Positions 14,561-29,761 are shown, counted from the first letter of the stretch. The stretch is 64,000 bases of DNA from Camelus ferus (GCF_009834535.1 NC_045696.1:27158001-27222000), one strand, 5' to 3'. Numbers and translations: made by a program. The notes: generated by a model from the sequence alone, not told the origin.

Positions 14561-15794
14561 CAGTGTCTGCTGCCAACCACAATGTTTCTGGCTCTTCACT
14601 TGCTACAACTAAACCAGCAGCTACTAGAGTACAGCTTTCCTCTGAATTGAAGGAGACAGACACTGTGCTTCCAATAAGGCATTTTAAATTTTTAATTTTT
14701 TCTTCCCAGTATTGTTTTTGCCACCTGCACAGAAATAGCAGATGAGGTATAAGTCCGTTGAGGCGGGGGAGGGGGGCACCAAAAAAGTATGTCAATATAA
14801 AAAGGAGAGACTCGTTTCTAAACAAAATAGAGGGAAAAAGTAGAAAATCTGCCTATTTTTTGTTTCTTTCATTGGACATTGAGCCCTGATTATGCAAGAA
14901 ATCTCTAGAAAATCATATTCTAATAGTCTCAGACACACACACAAAACGGCAGGGTCATTATAGAGTCAAGCTCTATGACCTATGGCTTGAGGTTTTAGAG
15001 CTCTAAGGATTCAAAGTGGATAAGCCAAAACTATAGACATACGTCAATAATAGCAGGAAGGTGCTTTTCTCAAGAGCAGAGGAGACACACTCGCTCATAC
15101 CCCAGCTACCTGGGCAGTGGCGGGAAACGACTGTTGTATGCATGATGGGTCTGACAAAAAAGTACACACAAATGGCTACATAAATTGTGAATTATAAATT
15201 GTTCTATGTGTGTAGTTGTGTACAAATTCCAATTTTTTTCATTAAACCAGAAAATAAAAACAAACAAAAACTATGAGAGCTAAGTTGGCCACCAGCATCC
15301 AAAGTCAAGAAAAATGTGTCCTCTTCTAAAAGGATGATTTATTACCACAAACAGCAGCTTATGTAGAAATACTCCCTCCGACACCCTTGAGATTTTACAA
15401 AGTCTATGTAGAGAAGGAGACTCAGATTAACTTGTCTAAAACCACACAGCTATCAAGCAGCCAACTCAATACTAGTACTCTAGGCTTCTGGCTGCTGTTT
15501 CAAAGTTCTTTCACTACATTATCTTATTTTTTAGCAGTTAGCACTGTGATTCCACCAGGGTTCTAAGCTATACCATTCCTGAAATTTTCCAAGGAGTAAT
15601 GTCTTCTAATTATATTTATGATATTAAATGTCAATACTTTAAATACAGATGACTTAACCAATTCACACACAGCATCTTTGAAGACTTCTGTGAATTATAT
15701 CCTTGCTATAGCTTTATCGCTGCTGTGCCAGGTTTTCTTCACTTCCTCTCAATATATTCATTCATTTTCTTATACATTCTAGGATTACCAAATA

Positions 15795-15985
15795 ATTACT
15801 TTCCTGTCGCTGCCCATAACAAATAACCATAAACTGGGTGGTTTAAAAGAACAGAAATTTATTCTCTCACAGTTCTGAAGGCAAGAAGTCCAAAATCAAG
15901 GTGTGGGCAGGGCTGCATACTCTGCAGGCTCTAGGGGAGAACTCTGTTTGCCTCTCCCAGCTTCTGGTATCTGCCTCAGCATTTC
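15795..15985 (-). mobile_element. MaLR LTR fragment (MLT1B/C-like)
   Basis: acagaaatttattctctcacagttctgaaggcaagaagtccaaaatcaaggtgt is the canonical antisense MLT1 motif. Confidence 0.85.
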
Positions 15986-17464
15986 TGCGCACTCCATGGG
16001 TTGGGACCTCATCACTTCACACTGTATAACAGTCATGAGCCAACTAAACACTAATTTTTTTTTAAAAGATGTGACCAATCATGGAGCTAAGAAGTATCAG
16101 ATCCCAGACTAGAACCCCCCAGGCTTCTAAGTCCCTGCCTGGAAAACCTTTAGCTACACAGTGTTATTGACACATGTTTTAGCGTCTTGAAGCATGTATT
16201 TAGTATACTTCAATTCTATTTTATAATTAGTTGAGTCTCTAGTATGTGTAATGCAACAAGAAGGCATTTAGAAAATATCAGTAAGGTGTTTTTCAGTACA
16301 CATTTTCAGTAACTTCATCTTAACTATAGAGTTATTTGATAAAGACCCAATGTATGAACAGCTTGATTATATCTGAAAGCATTTAATTTCAACAGAGCTT
16401 GAGGAGGGAGAAGGCCTTTAGGAAGAAACCATAAATCAGTAAAGTCAAATGCAATAAACCGGTAGTATGATGAAAGTAGAATAATTGTAAACACACTTAA
16501 TAAGCAGATTAAACACAAGGAGGAAATTGTTAAGGAATCCTTAATGATTCATGTTGATGGCATGCCTAAATAACAAAGCAGACAATTAATCAAAGACAAG
16601 GGGAAATTAATGTTTGTGATTTGTGGCATAGAGTTGGAGGTCTAGTGATAAAGAAAGGTGGAATGGCCACATAAAGGAGAGAATAGCAGAACAAAGGTAT
16701 TGAATAAATACTGTTTTTCTTAAAACAAATATATTGGTAGGCTACAGAAAATCTCTAGATCAAAACAGCTCATTTCCAGCTACTAAATCCAAGATAATTA
16801 TCTTAAATTATCTGGCAGCTAAAACAACTAAATGTAAGGCATAGAAAACTTCACACAACGTCAGCAATTATGTTCATCCGGTCCTCCCTTAAGTTGAAGC
16901 TTGTGTGGACTAACACTTCTGCCCAGATCCTGGCACAGAATAGCTGTGATCTGCTGGAAAGCCTTTCCTTACACTTTCATTCACTATTTTATAAATTTCC
17001 TTTCCTAGAATGGTGCATTTAATATAAAAATATATTGTATAAATATATTTATGCTTCTTTTCTATTGAGATACACCTAAATTTCAAAAATTTGAAATTTG
17101 GCAGAAATACTAAAATAATACACAAATACGATCATTTCTTCAAAAGAAGTCTTCCAAATTCTCACAGCAATTCTCCAACTAAATAATTAGATTTTATCAC
17201 TTATCTTGTGTATGTCTCTAATTTTTTTTTTAAATAAAAGTATAAAAAGAAGGAAAGAAAGCTACATTTTACACAAGGAATTATGGTAAAAATCATACAG
17301 ACAAAATAAAATGAATGCTTCACACTTAATTAAATAGCACACATCTAGGATTGTGAGAAAACCCTCCCTTATAATGTCACTTTTAGAGGCCTATCCTTGA
17401 CTTACTTGTTTTCCCAGTTGGTCCTTTTTTGGATAGAGGACCTTCTCACTGTTGAGATACCTCT

Positions 17465-18362
17465 TGTTAAAAGAAAAAATCTGCTTTACATTTCTGCATC
17501 ATCTCGTTTCCCTGGATTAGAAGTTCTAGGGTCAGGGTCAGTTAGCTGAAGAGTGGGGGGCTGATGCACAGGTGAGGGCATCAAGGACTGTCCTTGCCGC
17601 CCTTGAAATTTCATTTTCTTCAGACACAGTCCTGAGAAGAAGGTATGGGTTTTTGTTTGTTTGCTTTTTGCTTTATTTTAGTTATTTTACTTAAGCTCCA
17701 ATAGCATAGGGATCCAAAATACATTCCCTATCTAGCCCACCGTTCCCTCCCGAACAGTAGTCAAAGAGTCTTCCTGTTCAGAGCTCCCCCATCATCCACC
17801 AGGGCGGCATGGCCTATACCATCTCCTATTTTTACTCTTTCTGCTTTAGAGTTTGGCTAAACTACTCCACAACACTGCTGCTTCAGCATCTATCTTGTGT
17901 GGCCAAGGGGTCTGCAGGAGCCGTTAGCTAACACTGGTCCCTCCTGCGAGTGCATGCTATTGGTAACAAGTAAATATAAGTTCCTCCTATGACTCCCCAG
18001 TTGCCCTTGTGATAAGCATTCTCCCATGCCTCCCAGGGCCCTCCCCTTGACCTTCCCTTAGATAAGACTCTCTATCATCCTAAAATTCACCAGAACACTG
18101 CTCTTTTTTATTTAAATTAATCAATCCAGCCTTAGCCTGAGAACTCCTACTTTACCCAAGGACCCTTTTTCCCATCCTCTTGCCGAAAGCCCGTTCTCCC
18201 TGCCTACACCCTGCCTTGACTCCCCCATGTGGCCCCTTGAGTCATACTGTGTACCTCCTCCAGGACCTGTAAGTAATAAACTTTCTATTACACTTTTCTT
18301 TTCAGTCTTCTGTTGAATGGTGCTTCACCATCCAACCTTGATACCCAAGGCTCTACTTAACA
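17465..18362 (+). mobile_element. ERV LTR-like element (possibly composite)
   Basis: Starts tgttaa and ends ttaaca (inverted termini), with C-rich U3 and gtaagtaataaac poly(A) signal near 18275. No TSD seen. Confidence 0.55.
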
Positions 18363-21300
18363 AATGTTAATTTTAAAAATCACAACATTTCTTTATCCCA
18401 TTCTAATCATCATCATGTTTTACAAGTCCTTTCTTGGACACAGTCTTTTTTTTTTTTTGTCCATTGAATATGTGGTTAAGAAAGGTCTAAATCATCTAGA
18501 AATCTTGAGAATGTCTAGCATGTCCTTTTGTCTTCAGTCTCCATCCTACAAACAGATGTCAAAAATGTTCCTCAAATTCCAACTTTCTCAACAATTCAAT
18601 TAACTACTTTTCTTTGTTAATTTGTTATAATAAGTTCTGTATCACTCAATAACTTATAGTGAAGTCTATTTCAAATATCGTAATATTATAGTATCCAGCT
18701 ACTAGTGATACTTTTTCTATTTCTTGGTTAAAGAAAAAAAAAAATGTTCTCTTATCTTTGCTTCCATAACACCCTGTGAATGAATCCACTGCTGTGTGAA
18801 TCACACTGTATTATCAGTGTTTGTTTATATGTCTGTCTCTGTCACCAGACTAGGAACTCTTTGAAAGCTAAGGACCAGTCGTATTCATCTGGGTCCCATG
18901 ACCCAGACAACTTCCTGGTAAGTCATCCAATTCAAAAGAACCATTTGAATGATAGGCAAAAGCTGGCTGAGAGCATATATTAACAGCACTTTTCTGATTT
19001 AGGTATCCTGTGCTACTAATATTTATCTAGCACTTTAGCAGATCCCACATATAACCATCAAATTTGATCATCACCACAGTGCTGTGCAGCAGTACAACAC
19101 CCCCTCCATTATAGTTTGAAAAGGCTCAAAAACATGAATTGACATCTCAAGGTCACCATTGTTGGTGGGGCAGAGCTTGATCCTAGGTCTTTACACTTTT
19201 TTAAAAGTTCTCTTCTCTGTAATCCTCTCTAGTCTAGTAAACAACACATTCTCTTAAGGAGAATTTTTACAATTTAAAATTAATTTCTTAAATTTCTTAC
19301 ATTTACTAATTTTGTATTTCTGTGCCACATCTGTCCTTGAATGTCATATATAAGCATCATAAGCTGTTTCTTGTATGTTAAATATAATTAATCTTCTTTC
19401 AAATGTATTTCTTTGGGGGGAAGAAAAGCATGAAGCTCATGTCTTGTAGAATATTCTCCTACTGAAATGAAAGGCTATTTGGACAGACCCATGGATAAAA
19501 TGGAGTACTCACCCTCAGACCAAATGAGATTTGAGAATATAAGTTATAAGGTATAAGAGATTGTGAAATGAAAGGACCAGATGAAGCAAAGTAGGGATGG
19601 GAAAACTTAACTCAGATGTGGAAAACTCAGAGAGTATGGCTAGTTGGGTAAAAGAGGGGAAATAAGAGAAGGTCTTAGATTTTTTTTCTGTACTCTGTTC
19701 TTAGAAAAACCGCCGCCTTTAGGGTAACTTAGACAACTGATGCTAAACTAATCCATGCTGTCCATGCCCTTGCCAAAGCAACTGGTTTAGACATTGGCAC
19801 ATGATCCACATTAGAACAATAAACTCAGTAAGAGCCAATGTTGGGATTTTGTGTAGGCAATCAAGATGGGCAGACTCTCCTTTGATACACTGTGTGTTAA
19901 AATGATGTGAAATTAAAGCTGACAGGTACTACCACAAGAAGGCTTAGAGATGAGCTAAACTGGGGGAAGCAGAACTGAAAAACTGGTGACATCTTTGAAG
20001 CCTTTGATCAAGAAGTCTAAGTGTATCTGAATTTGAGCTATGAAGTTCAATGGATCTCCTATATGTTATCATTAATATTAGTACTATTACTCTCAGGTTA
20101 CATATTCTAATAGTTTTAATTAAAGCTGCCTAATTCATATGCCCTGGGACAAGAGCAGTCCTTCAGGACTGCATATTGGTAGAGACGGACAAAGTAAAAC
20201 AAGAGGGAAAGGCTAGACATTATATCAGAAAATTAGGCCTAAATTTTCACATAAAATTGCCTGAAATATGTATGGGAAGAATCTCAAGATGGTGCTAAAA
20301 ATAAGTACCAGGGTTCTAATAATAGGGATTTAATGAATGTTAGTTCTCTTTTCTTTTTTAAAATATGGCCCCTTAATGAACTAGAGGCACTTAATGATAA
20401 AGTGAAGGAGGCTGTTCCCCACGCCCTTACTGCATTCATTTATTTAATGAATTACCTGGATAATCTAAGGCAGAGCTTTCCAACTGGGACACACCATTTG
20501 CAGTGAATGGATTACAGACGAGGTGAAATATTGATCCTTTTAGTCCCTGAGATATGTCTGAACTAAGATATTGCTAGAAGCTGTAACAAGTGCCAACATT
20601 TCATTGGCATGTTTACATACATATATATATATATACACACACACATATATATGTATGTATAAACATATATTATATTATATATAATAAACACACTAGTAGT
20701 TTATTTTTTGCTTGTGTAACAGTCAAAAACTAATGTTTCTGGTCAGCAGTGGTCAGCAGGCAGCTTTTCTCCATGAGGTGATTTAGCCAACACAGCTCTC
20801 CTCACCCTGGACTCTGCCACCTACTTTTTAAGCACCTTTACTACAAAGTGTCATATATTATTTGTACTTCTATTCCATTATTGAGAACTAGTCTCACATG
20901 GCCACACATAGATACAAAGAACCCTAGGACATATAGTCCCTGGCTGGGCAGCCACTTTCCAGAAACACCTATTCTATAAAAAAGAAAATGCAAATTTTAA
21001 GTTAGCCAGTGTTGCCACAGGGACTTGAGCCACTAGCCTGTTATTTCCAATCATCAGCAAACATACTCATTTACTCAAGTGTGCCGTTTACATATTATAA
21101 TTTCTATGTGTGCCATAATGTTAAGACTGAGAAGAATCAATCTATGGCACCAGTCACTGGTATCTATGGACTTAAATTTTTCTCAACTGGTGGTTCTCAA
21201 CCCTCTAAATTCTACAGGCATCCAATAATTGTGGATTAGGCCCAATTCCATTCCTGACACTTCATTTTGCTCTCTTTGCCATGGGTAAACATGGTACCTC

Positions 21301-21724
21301 TCTGGTTTTTTCCCCTTCAACTTGCTTCTGTCCCTAACTACCTCATGCTACCCATATCCTTTTATCATTACTCTAGATCTCTGATCTTCCCCATCAAAGG
21401 GCATTGCCATTATCTCACCATGGAAACTCACAGCCTCTTGACAGGGAAACCAATGACAGTGATGTAGATATTCAGATACAAAATAGAGAAATTCACAATC
21501 AAATTTTAATGTCAAAATCTATTCATCTTTTAACATTTAAGTAGTTACACTGGAAGGGATAAATGAAAAACATGTATAACATATATCTTTATAGAAGTCT
21601 CTCTTATGAAAATTAATTAATTAAAAATTCTACTCTTTATCCCTTTCTGAGTTTACCTTTAAGTATATTGCACTGCTAAATATTTCCTTTATGAAGAAGA
21701 ATAAACATATAATGCATCCCACTG

Positions 21725-22100
21725 TGTGTGTTAGCTAGGCTAGCTACCTACTGTAACAAATAAACTCATAACTTCTGTGGCTAAACACATTATAGAAGAT
21801 TATTTTTGTTCATATACAGTCTTCTGCTTTGTGTTCCTTGTTACAGGAGGAGGAGTCAGCTTCCCACAGTCATTTCATTCAGGGATTCAGGACTCAGATA
21901 CTGATCATTTTCAACACTTCGCTTCCAAGATCATTCTGAGCATCTCTATCCAACAGGCAAGAGGAGGAGGAGCATGGAAGATCTCACATTTAGAAGGGCC
22001 ACATATCACTTCTGCTATACTTCAACTGGCCCAAACTCAGTCCTTCAACCACACTTAACTACAGAGGAGGCTGGAAATGTAACTGTGGAAATGGGTTTTG
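21725..22100 (-). mobile_element. MaLR LTR (MLT1J-like)
   Basis: ctgtaacaaataaactc, cagtcatttcattcagggattcagg, atcacttctgct, ggaggctggaaatgta. Confidence 0.7.
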
Positions 22101-22918
22101 TGTACAGGTGTACAGCTATACCATACTGTGACAACTGGCCTTTATTTTACCTTAAAAAAAATTTTATCCTATCCACGTGTCTTGCCTAGAATATTAAATT
22201 CAGACTTCAGCTTCTTCAGTCCAACATCAATTCCCACCTCAATTTTACCAAATTAATTTCTCATTATACTCTGCAAAGACCTTCCTTTTCAACCAAACTA
22301 ATTTACTTTCTGTTCACAAGTCCTATTACCATGCCTTTCATAGGTCATTTCAATTTACTCCATCTGAATATACTTCCTTCATTTTCGATCAACACCTAAT
22401 CCCTACGTCCTTAAAAACATGACTTAAAACTAATCTCATCTAGAAGATTTTTCAGGAATTCATTCTGAAAGCTATGTCCTTGGCCATACTTATATATGTA
22501 GCCTCTCAATAATATAATAATTTTTCCTCTCCATTCTCCCCTCATATTTCTGGGAGCTTTGCGAAGTACAGGAGTTAGGAGTGTAAATTCATCAACAATT
22601 TCTATAGTCTGTTTTGTGGCTCAGGGTTGGAACCCTCCATTAACATTCATTTGCTGGAACCATATTTTATTCATCCAATGCCTATAAACTTATTCATAAG
22701 CTAATACCACACCTGGCCCTAGCATATAAAAATCATGAGTAATTGCTTAATCTTTCTGTTTCTGCCTTTAATTCTATTCTTCCAATTTGTTTCATTTGGA
22801 TTAGGCAGCAGCAGATAAGAAACTTTGGGGGAAAAAAGTCATAAAGTTTTAAAATAAACTTTAAAAATCTAGAAAACCTTTCATTACCATATTAAAGTGC
22901 TTCAAAACCTGTGTATCT

Positions 22919-22921
<3 letters not shown>

Positions 22922-22962
<41 letters not shown>
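22922..22962. repeat. (GT)n microsatellite
   Basis: Directly visible. Confidence 0.98.
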
Positions 22963-22965
<3 letters not shown>

Positions 22966-24930
22966 AGTATATTTGAAATATATTTTTCAGAGATACCTCT
23001 TTAAAGCTATTTGTTTTACTTTTTGGTTATCTGAGGCTTTAGACTAAATAGCTTACCCAGAAGAAATACTTAGTCTATTTTTTGGACATTTTCTAAAAAC
23101 TAACTTTCTTTAAAAAACAAGGGCATTGGCTAGAGAACCTAGTGTGAATGTAAAAACATGTGCAGACTATCGTGTGAATGTAAACAGAAAGTGAATAAAA
23201 CATAAAGATGATAGTTTGGAAAAAAAGAAATGTCAAACATGCTGGAGTACCAAAAATAAAACCTACCAATGCAACTAACTGTTTCTAGGGACAATAAGGG
23301 ATTTTGTGGAGTTCATTATAATTTTCTCCCTTCAAATTATGATTTTTAACATGAAATATTTTCAGTATCACACACATGTATTAAGGGTAAATTTTTTTCA
23401 GTCATGCAATACACATCTCTGCTCCAAATAAAAACATTATAGGCAAAATTCCCCATCACGTTGGATTTCCTGACATAAATCTTGGTCCCAGTCTGTCACC
23501 TCAACATTGAACTCAATGCTTATCACCTCTTATTAAAATAAAAATGTGTGGTGTAACTTTTTCTGCGTGGATGTACTAGAGCTCAAAATCTTTGGTAGAG
23601 AAGGAGCAGATGCTCCTCCCAAAACAACAGAGAGGAGCACAGCACACGCTACGGCTAATTGTCTGAGCTGCTGGCATTAGTTGTGACCACTAACCATGCC
23701 GTATAGGTCTTAAACCATGTCTATGCTAAACAAATTTTTATTTTTCCTTTCTTTTCCCAAAACTGATTCTCAATGCTGTTTCCCATTAGAATCACCCAGG
23801 AAATATCCAAAATGCTGATTCCCAGGCCCCTCCATAGCCCAGGCATTCACAACCTTCCCAGCTGATGGCCTGATTTAGAGCCCTCCAGGGTCCTAACTGA
23901 ACATCCTGACCTTGCTGTCCTCTCTGCAGTAGGACCCTCTCAAAACTCACTTGGTTTCATGTCTCCTCAAAGCTCTTTAGTCCAAAATGAGTTAGAGCTG
24001 AAAAGCAATTTCTGTAACAAGTCACACTAAAACTTATTTTATTTTCTATTTTCTGAAAGTGACTCTAGACTCTATTTCCTTTTAAAAATTCAGATCCTTG
24101 AGATTTTTAAAATCTCAAATTGTTTATCAAATTGATAATTTGCTTTTATCTTAGAAAGTTTATTTTAAATACTTTAAAATAGATATTTCCCTGAAGCAGG
24201 AGTAACAGTGTTTTCTAGGAACTAGACTATATTCCAGCCTCTGAATGAATTAACTCACTACTAAGTATTTATTAAGTAACAATTTACACCTAACAAGTGT
24301 GTAGTGTTCTTGTACTCAGCTCTGTGGGAAATGGAACAGAAACCAAAACTAAACCTAATTTTTTTTTTTAGAAAAAAATAAAAGGTAGGTAACAATAAGA
24401 TAATAGTATAGAACAAAAAGTAAACAAGCATTGAAAATGACTGACATAAAACAAGTGGCTAAGAGTTCTGAGAAAGGAGAGATTAAGTGGCAATGGTAGT
24501 GAGGAAAAGGCAGGAGGAATGATGAAGAAGAGGCAGTCTTGGTAGTAAGGCACTATTTGTTCATTGATCTTGAGGAGCCTAGATTTCTTGTTGGAGAAGA
24601 GTGGAGGATAAAACTGTATTATTAAATACACTTAAATGTAAAACTGAGACATTTAGACATTATTCTGCAGAAATCTAGGAAATTGGTTAGAGCAAGGGCA
24701 AATAAAGCATGTTGTCAATGTGATTAAAATAACAATAGCTTAAACAGTTACTACATTTTACAGAGTGCCTGGAAATATGCATGGTAAGTGAAGGGTATGA
24801 ACAAGAACCTGGAAGAATTAAACTTTAAATGTAATTCAAAGCATCTGAGCAGATCAATGCAAAGCAACCCCAACAAGTAAAATGGCTTCAGTATTAAGTA
24901 GTCTAATTGAATTCATTAACACTTCCAAAG

Positions 24931-25271
24931 TGTTGACCTGAAACAAATAGCCCGTCAGATATTTCTCCAGCAAAGATGGTTTTATTCAGGATCAGCAGAG
25001 AATTGTAATTCAGGGTCTGCAACCATGATGAGCCACATGTAAGTTCCTGTTTAGCAAGGGAAGGCTAACACTTTTACAGAGTGGGAAAGGAAGTTGGGAG
25101 GGCTATAGTAAACACAGAGTCCATGGCTTTTCATTGGCTGAGTCTTTGCCAGGAAAGAAGAGAAGTCTTTCCTCTTATTGTTGGGCTCTGCTATTATCAG
25201 AGGGCATGAGTGCTCCCCCTTCTCATGTCCCAATTCTATTTAAGTTTTCTGTTTATTTTTTTTTTTTAACA
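24931..25271 (-). mobile_element. ERV1-type solo LTR with perfect 4-bp TSD (AAAG)
   Basis: tgttga...ttaaca termini flanked by aaag on both sides. Minus-strand AATAAA at 24981-24986 and CCAAT near 25133. Confidence 0.8.
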
Positions 25272-25456
25272 AAAGTAAAGAAGTTCTCTACCAGCGACTG
25301 GTAAATGAAGGAAAAAGTGAGAGAATTGGCAGAACCATTTCAAGGACTGCCCAGGGCAGAGTGACCATAGCCAGACCCATCTTTGTCTAGAAATTAATGT
25401 TTTGATTAAAGCCATGTTGACACTTGACTCATAGACTCAACTCTTCTAGCTTTCAT

Positions 25457-25531
25457 ACAGTCAGCTCTCCACTTCAATCTGTAGTTGGTTGAATCCACAC
25501 ATGCAGTATCCACAAATACAGAGGGTAACTA
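25457..25531. mobile_element. MER2-type (TcMar-Tigger) deleted remnant
   Basis: ta-cagtcagctctcc...ggttgaatccacacatgcagtatccacaaatacagagggtaact resembles MER2 termini. Confidence 0.55.
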
Positions 25532-25539
25532 TTTCCCAT

Positions 25540-26114
25540 GATACGTGAACAAATCTTTATTCTGACTTATAGATTCATCTCTAAGGAGATTAGTTAGTAT
25601 GAATCTAACCCTAAGAATAAAAACTGCCATTTACAGGGCTCTTTGAGTCTGTTAAGCCTTGTAAAGAACTGATGAGGTTCAGGACACACCCCAAAATATT
25701 TGAGAAGAAATCTGAGAAACAATGGGTGCAGGAAGGACTTTCAGACCTTCCCCTGAAGCAGTTGATAAGGCCATCATATAACATTCTTATCTCTGAAGAC
25801 TGAGGAACATCAGAGGGATGCTGGGAGGAATCTGAACAAACAGACCTTGTCAAGTTTCCCTCTATTTACTATACTTAGCTCATACCCTTTTTCCTATTAC
25901 ATTTTCCCACAACTTTCTACTCCATCAAATCTAGCATAAAATGCTCAGGTTTAACACCTGATTTGTGTCTTAACTTCATTAAAGTCTCCTGTGTCATGTA
26001 AAACTTATATTAAATAAAACTGTATATTTTTATCTTGTTAATCTGTCTTTTGTTATAGGGGCCCGGGCAAAGAACTTAGAAGGATAGAAGGAAGTGATAT
26101 TTTCCTCCCCTACA
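25540..26114 (+). mobile_element. ERV1 LTR (MER4-group-like); 5' boundary uncertain
   Basis: gtgtcatgtaaaacttatattaaataaa...tcttgttaatctgtcttttgttatagggg...ttttcctcccctaca is a MER4-type R/U5 end. Confidence 0.75.
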
Positions 26115-26212
26115 AGACGTTTTGATACTAATTTATTTAATCCTCTATTATCATATAAAGTAGATACTATTATTTGCATTTTATAGATTAAAAAAAAAAA
26201 AAACCTTAGTGG

Positions 26213-28680
26213 TGCCCAGGTATGGAAGACTGCTTCAACATTTAAAAACCAGTTAGTGTAATCCATCATATCAATAGACTGAAAGAGAAAAATCACATGA
26301 TTCTGTCAATAAATGCAGAAAAAAGCATTTGACAAAATTCAACATCTATTCATGATAAAAAACTGTCAGAAAACTATGAATTGGGAAGAACTTTCTCAAC
26401 TTGATAAAAAATGTCTTTGAACAATTCTTACTTACTGGAAAGAAACATGAAGCTTTCCCATCAAGATCAGGGATAAGGTAAGTGTATCTCCTCTCACCAC
26501 TCCTTTTCAATATTCTACTGCAAGTTCTAGCTCATGCAATAAAACAAGAACAGAAAATAAAAGTTACACATACCAGGAAGGCAGAAATAAACCTGTCTTT
26601 GCAGATGACATGATTGTCTACGTAGAAAATCTGAAAGAATCAACAAAAAAAGTCCTGTGCTAATAAGCAATTATATCATGGTTGTAGGCTACAAGGTTAA
26701 TATACAAATGCCAATCACTTTCCAATATGCCAGCAATAAACAAGAGCAAATTAAAATTTAAAAAAAATACCATTTATATTAGCACTCAAAAATGAAGTAT
26801 TTAAGCATAAATCTAACAAAATATGTACAAAATCTGTGTGAGACAAACTATTAAATTAATTAATAAAATCAAAGAAGAATTAAGTAAATGGAGAGATATT
26901 CCATGTTCATGGATAGGAAGATTCAATATTGTCAAGACGCCAGTTCTTCCCAAATTAATCTATAGATTCAATGCGATTTCAATTAAAATCCTAGGAAGTT
27001 ATTTTGTGGATATAGACAAACTGATACTAAAGTTTATTTGAGACACAAAAGACCTAGAATAGCCAACTCAATATTGAAGAAAATGTAAAATGTTGGAGGA
27101 CTGACACTACCTGATTTCAAGACTTACTATAAAGCTACAGTAAAACAGTGTGGCATTGGTGAAAGAACAGACAAACAGATCAAAGAAACAGAATATACAG
27201 CCTAGAAAAAGACCTATATAAATATAAGCAACTGATATTTGAAAAAGAAGTAAAGGCAAGTCAATGAAACAAAGGTAGTCTTTTAAACAAATGGTGTTGA
27301 AGCAACTGGACATCTACAAATTTAAAAAAATAAATCTAGACACAGACCTTACACCCTTCACAAAAATTAACACAAAATGGATCACAGAAATGTACAATGC
27401 AAAACTATAAAACTCCTAGAAGATAACATGAGAAAATCTAGATGACCTTAGATACAGCAATGCCTTTTTAGATACAACACTATAGGCATGATCCATGAAA
27501 GAAATAATTGATGAGATGGACTTCACTAAAAGTAAAAACTTCTACTCTACAAAAGACAATATCAAGATAATGAGAAGACAAGCCACAGACTGGGAGAAAA
27601 TATTGCAAAAGACACATCTGATAATGGACCATTACTGAAAGTATACAAGGAACTCTTAAAACTCAACAATAAGAAAGCAAAGAACTGATCAAAAAATGGG
27701 CTAAAGGCTTTAAAGATATGTCACCAAAGAAAATATAGAGATGGCAAATAAACACTTGAAGAGATACTCCACACCATATCTCATCAGGAAAATGCAAATT
27801 AAAACAACAATTAGATACCACTACATACCTTTTAGAATGGCCAGAATCTGAAACACTGACAATACTGATAGCTTGTGAAGAAATGGATCAGCAGGAACCC
27901 TCACTCACTGCTGGTGGGAATTCAAAATGGTAGAGACACTTTGGAAAAACAGTTTGGTGGTTTCTTATAAAACCAGACATATTCTTATAATACAATTCAG
28001 CAATCTTACCCATTGTTATTTACCCAAAGGAGCTGAAAATTATGTCTACCATAAAACCTGCACATGGAGGTTTATTTACAATTGCCAAAACCTGGAAGCA
28101 ACCAAGATGTCCTTCAGTGGGAGAATGGATAAATTACATGTGGTACATCCAGAAAATGGGATATTATTCAGCAATAAGAAATGCGCTATCAAGCAATTAA
28201 AAGACATGGAGGAACCTGAAATTCATATTCCTAAGTGAAAGAAGCATCTGAAATACTGTACAATTCCATCTATATGACATTCTGGAAAAGAAAAACCTAT
28301 GGAGACTGTAAAAAGATCAGTGGTTTCCAAGGGTTGGGGATGTGGGGGTGGAGCACAGAGGATGTTTAGGGTGGTGAAAATACTCTGTATGATACCATAA
28401 AGATGGATACATGTCATTATACTTTTGTCCAAACCCATAGTATGCACAGCATCAAGAATGATTCCTAATGTAAACTATGGACTTTAAGTGATAAAGACAT
28501 ATCAATGAAGGTCCATCAATTGCAACAAATATACCACTCTGGTGGGGGGTGTTGATAATGGGAGAAATTATGCATGTGTTGGGGCAGGGGATACATGGGA
28601 AATTTCTGTACTTCTCCTCAATTTTTCTATGAACCTCAGACTGCTCTATAAAAATTGTCTTTATAAAGAAAGTTTTTAAA
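26213..28680 (+). mobile_element. L1 (L1MC1-like) ORF2 3' half plus 3'UTR, 5'-truncated and degenerate
   Basis: ORF 26823-27041 ([28 protein letters not shown]) is L1 ORF2. Also present are gcagaaaaaagcatttgacaaaattcaac and gcagatgacatgatt (ADDM RT motif). Confidence 0.95.
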
Positions 28681-29761
28681 CTGAGACATAGAAAAGCTAG
28701 GTCACATTCCTACAATTCTATAACCAGTAGGTTGTTGTTTAGGGCTTCCATCTGCCAGGTTCCAAAACCTGTGCCCTTAGCCAATCAATATATTAATAAA
28801 ATTAAGTGTTTGAACTTACAAGGTTGGGTAATGTCTCAATTCTGATAAATTTGCCTTGGTGCTTAACATTCTTTGCACTTCCTTGGATAATTCTGGCATT
28901 TCTCATGGCACCCTTACTGTGCAGTTTATAGTCTTCCTAATTTCAAAAGCTGCCCTCTTTCTCAGCCTCTTAAGAAACCACCCTCCCACCAATCTCTGTG
29001 TCTGAGCCACTCAGGCGCTTCAGTTCCTGAAGAAAGCTCAATTCCCTCTTGTCTGAAGAACTTAATACCCTTCCCTGACTCTAGGAAATTCTACTCCTAG
29101 CAGCCTTCCCCATACTGCCTAAATAAGTAAAATTCTATATCACATCAAAGTCTCTTTTTTCCACTACTATCTCATTTATCCCTATTCCTCTCCCAGTTTC
29201 CAAGTATCACAGAGCTGACTCCTTTCTGTTTCCCACCCGAGAGTAAAACTGAGCAACAAAACTTTCATGTCTTACAAAAAAAGAGCACAAGTCCAACGTA
29301 TTTCTCTCTCTTTGATCCCACACCCTCTCTCTCCTTCTCCAGGTTAGAATCCTTTGGATTCACAGCTTTCTTAAGAAAGCGTCCCTTAAGGCTTTTCCCT
29401 TCCCTTAAGGCAAGGGAAATAAATCTTTGATTTTTCATTTCTCAAAGAACTGCAAACCTTCTCTTCCTACTCTTGCTATGCCCTAGGCAACAATCCAAAT
29501 TAGAGTAAAAATAACCAATAAATGTTGTGTCAATCAATCTCTGAAGTAAAGGAGGTGCTAAAGTCCCCCAAAAGATAAGTTAGGCATCATTAGGATAAAC
29601 ATTAATGCAGAAAATCACATGTTTAATCTCTTGTTCACATATGTATGACCACCTATAATCAGGCTAATCTGATACAAATGTACCTTTTGAAATACAACTT
29701 TTGTTGTGATTTACTGGTTAATTGTTTGGAGGCCAGAAATTTGATTTCAGATTAAAAGCAT

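Noticed and set aside
14287..14745. 152-aa ORF, the longest in the track
   Set aside because: It overlaps an MLT1 LTR fragment and shows no domain similarity.
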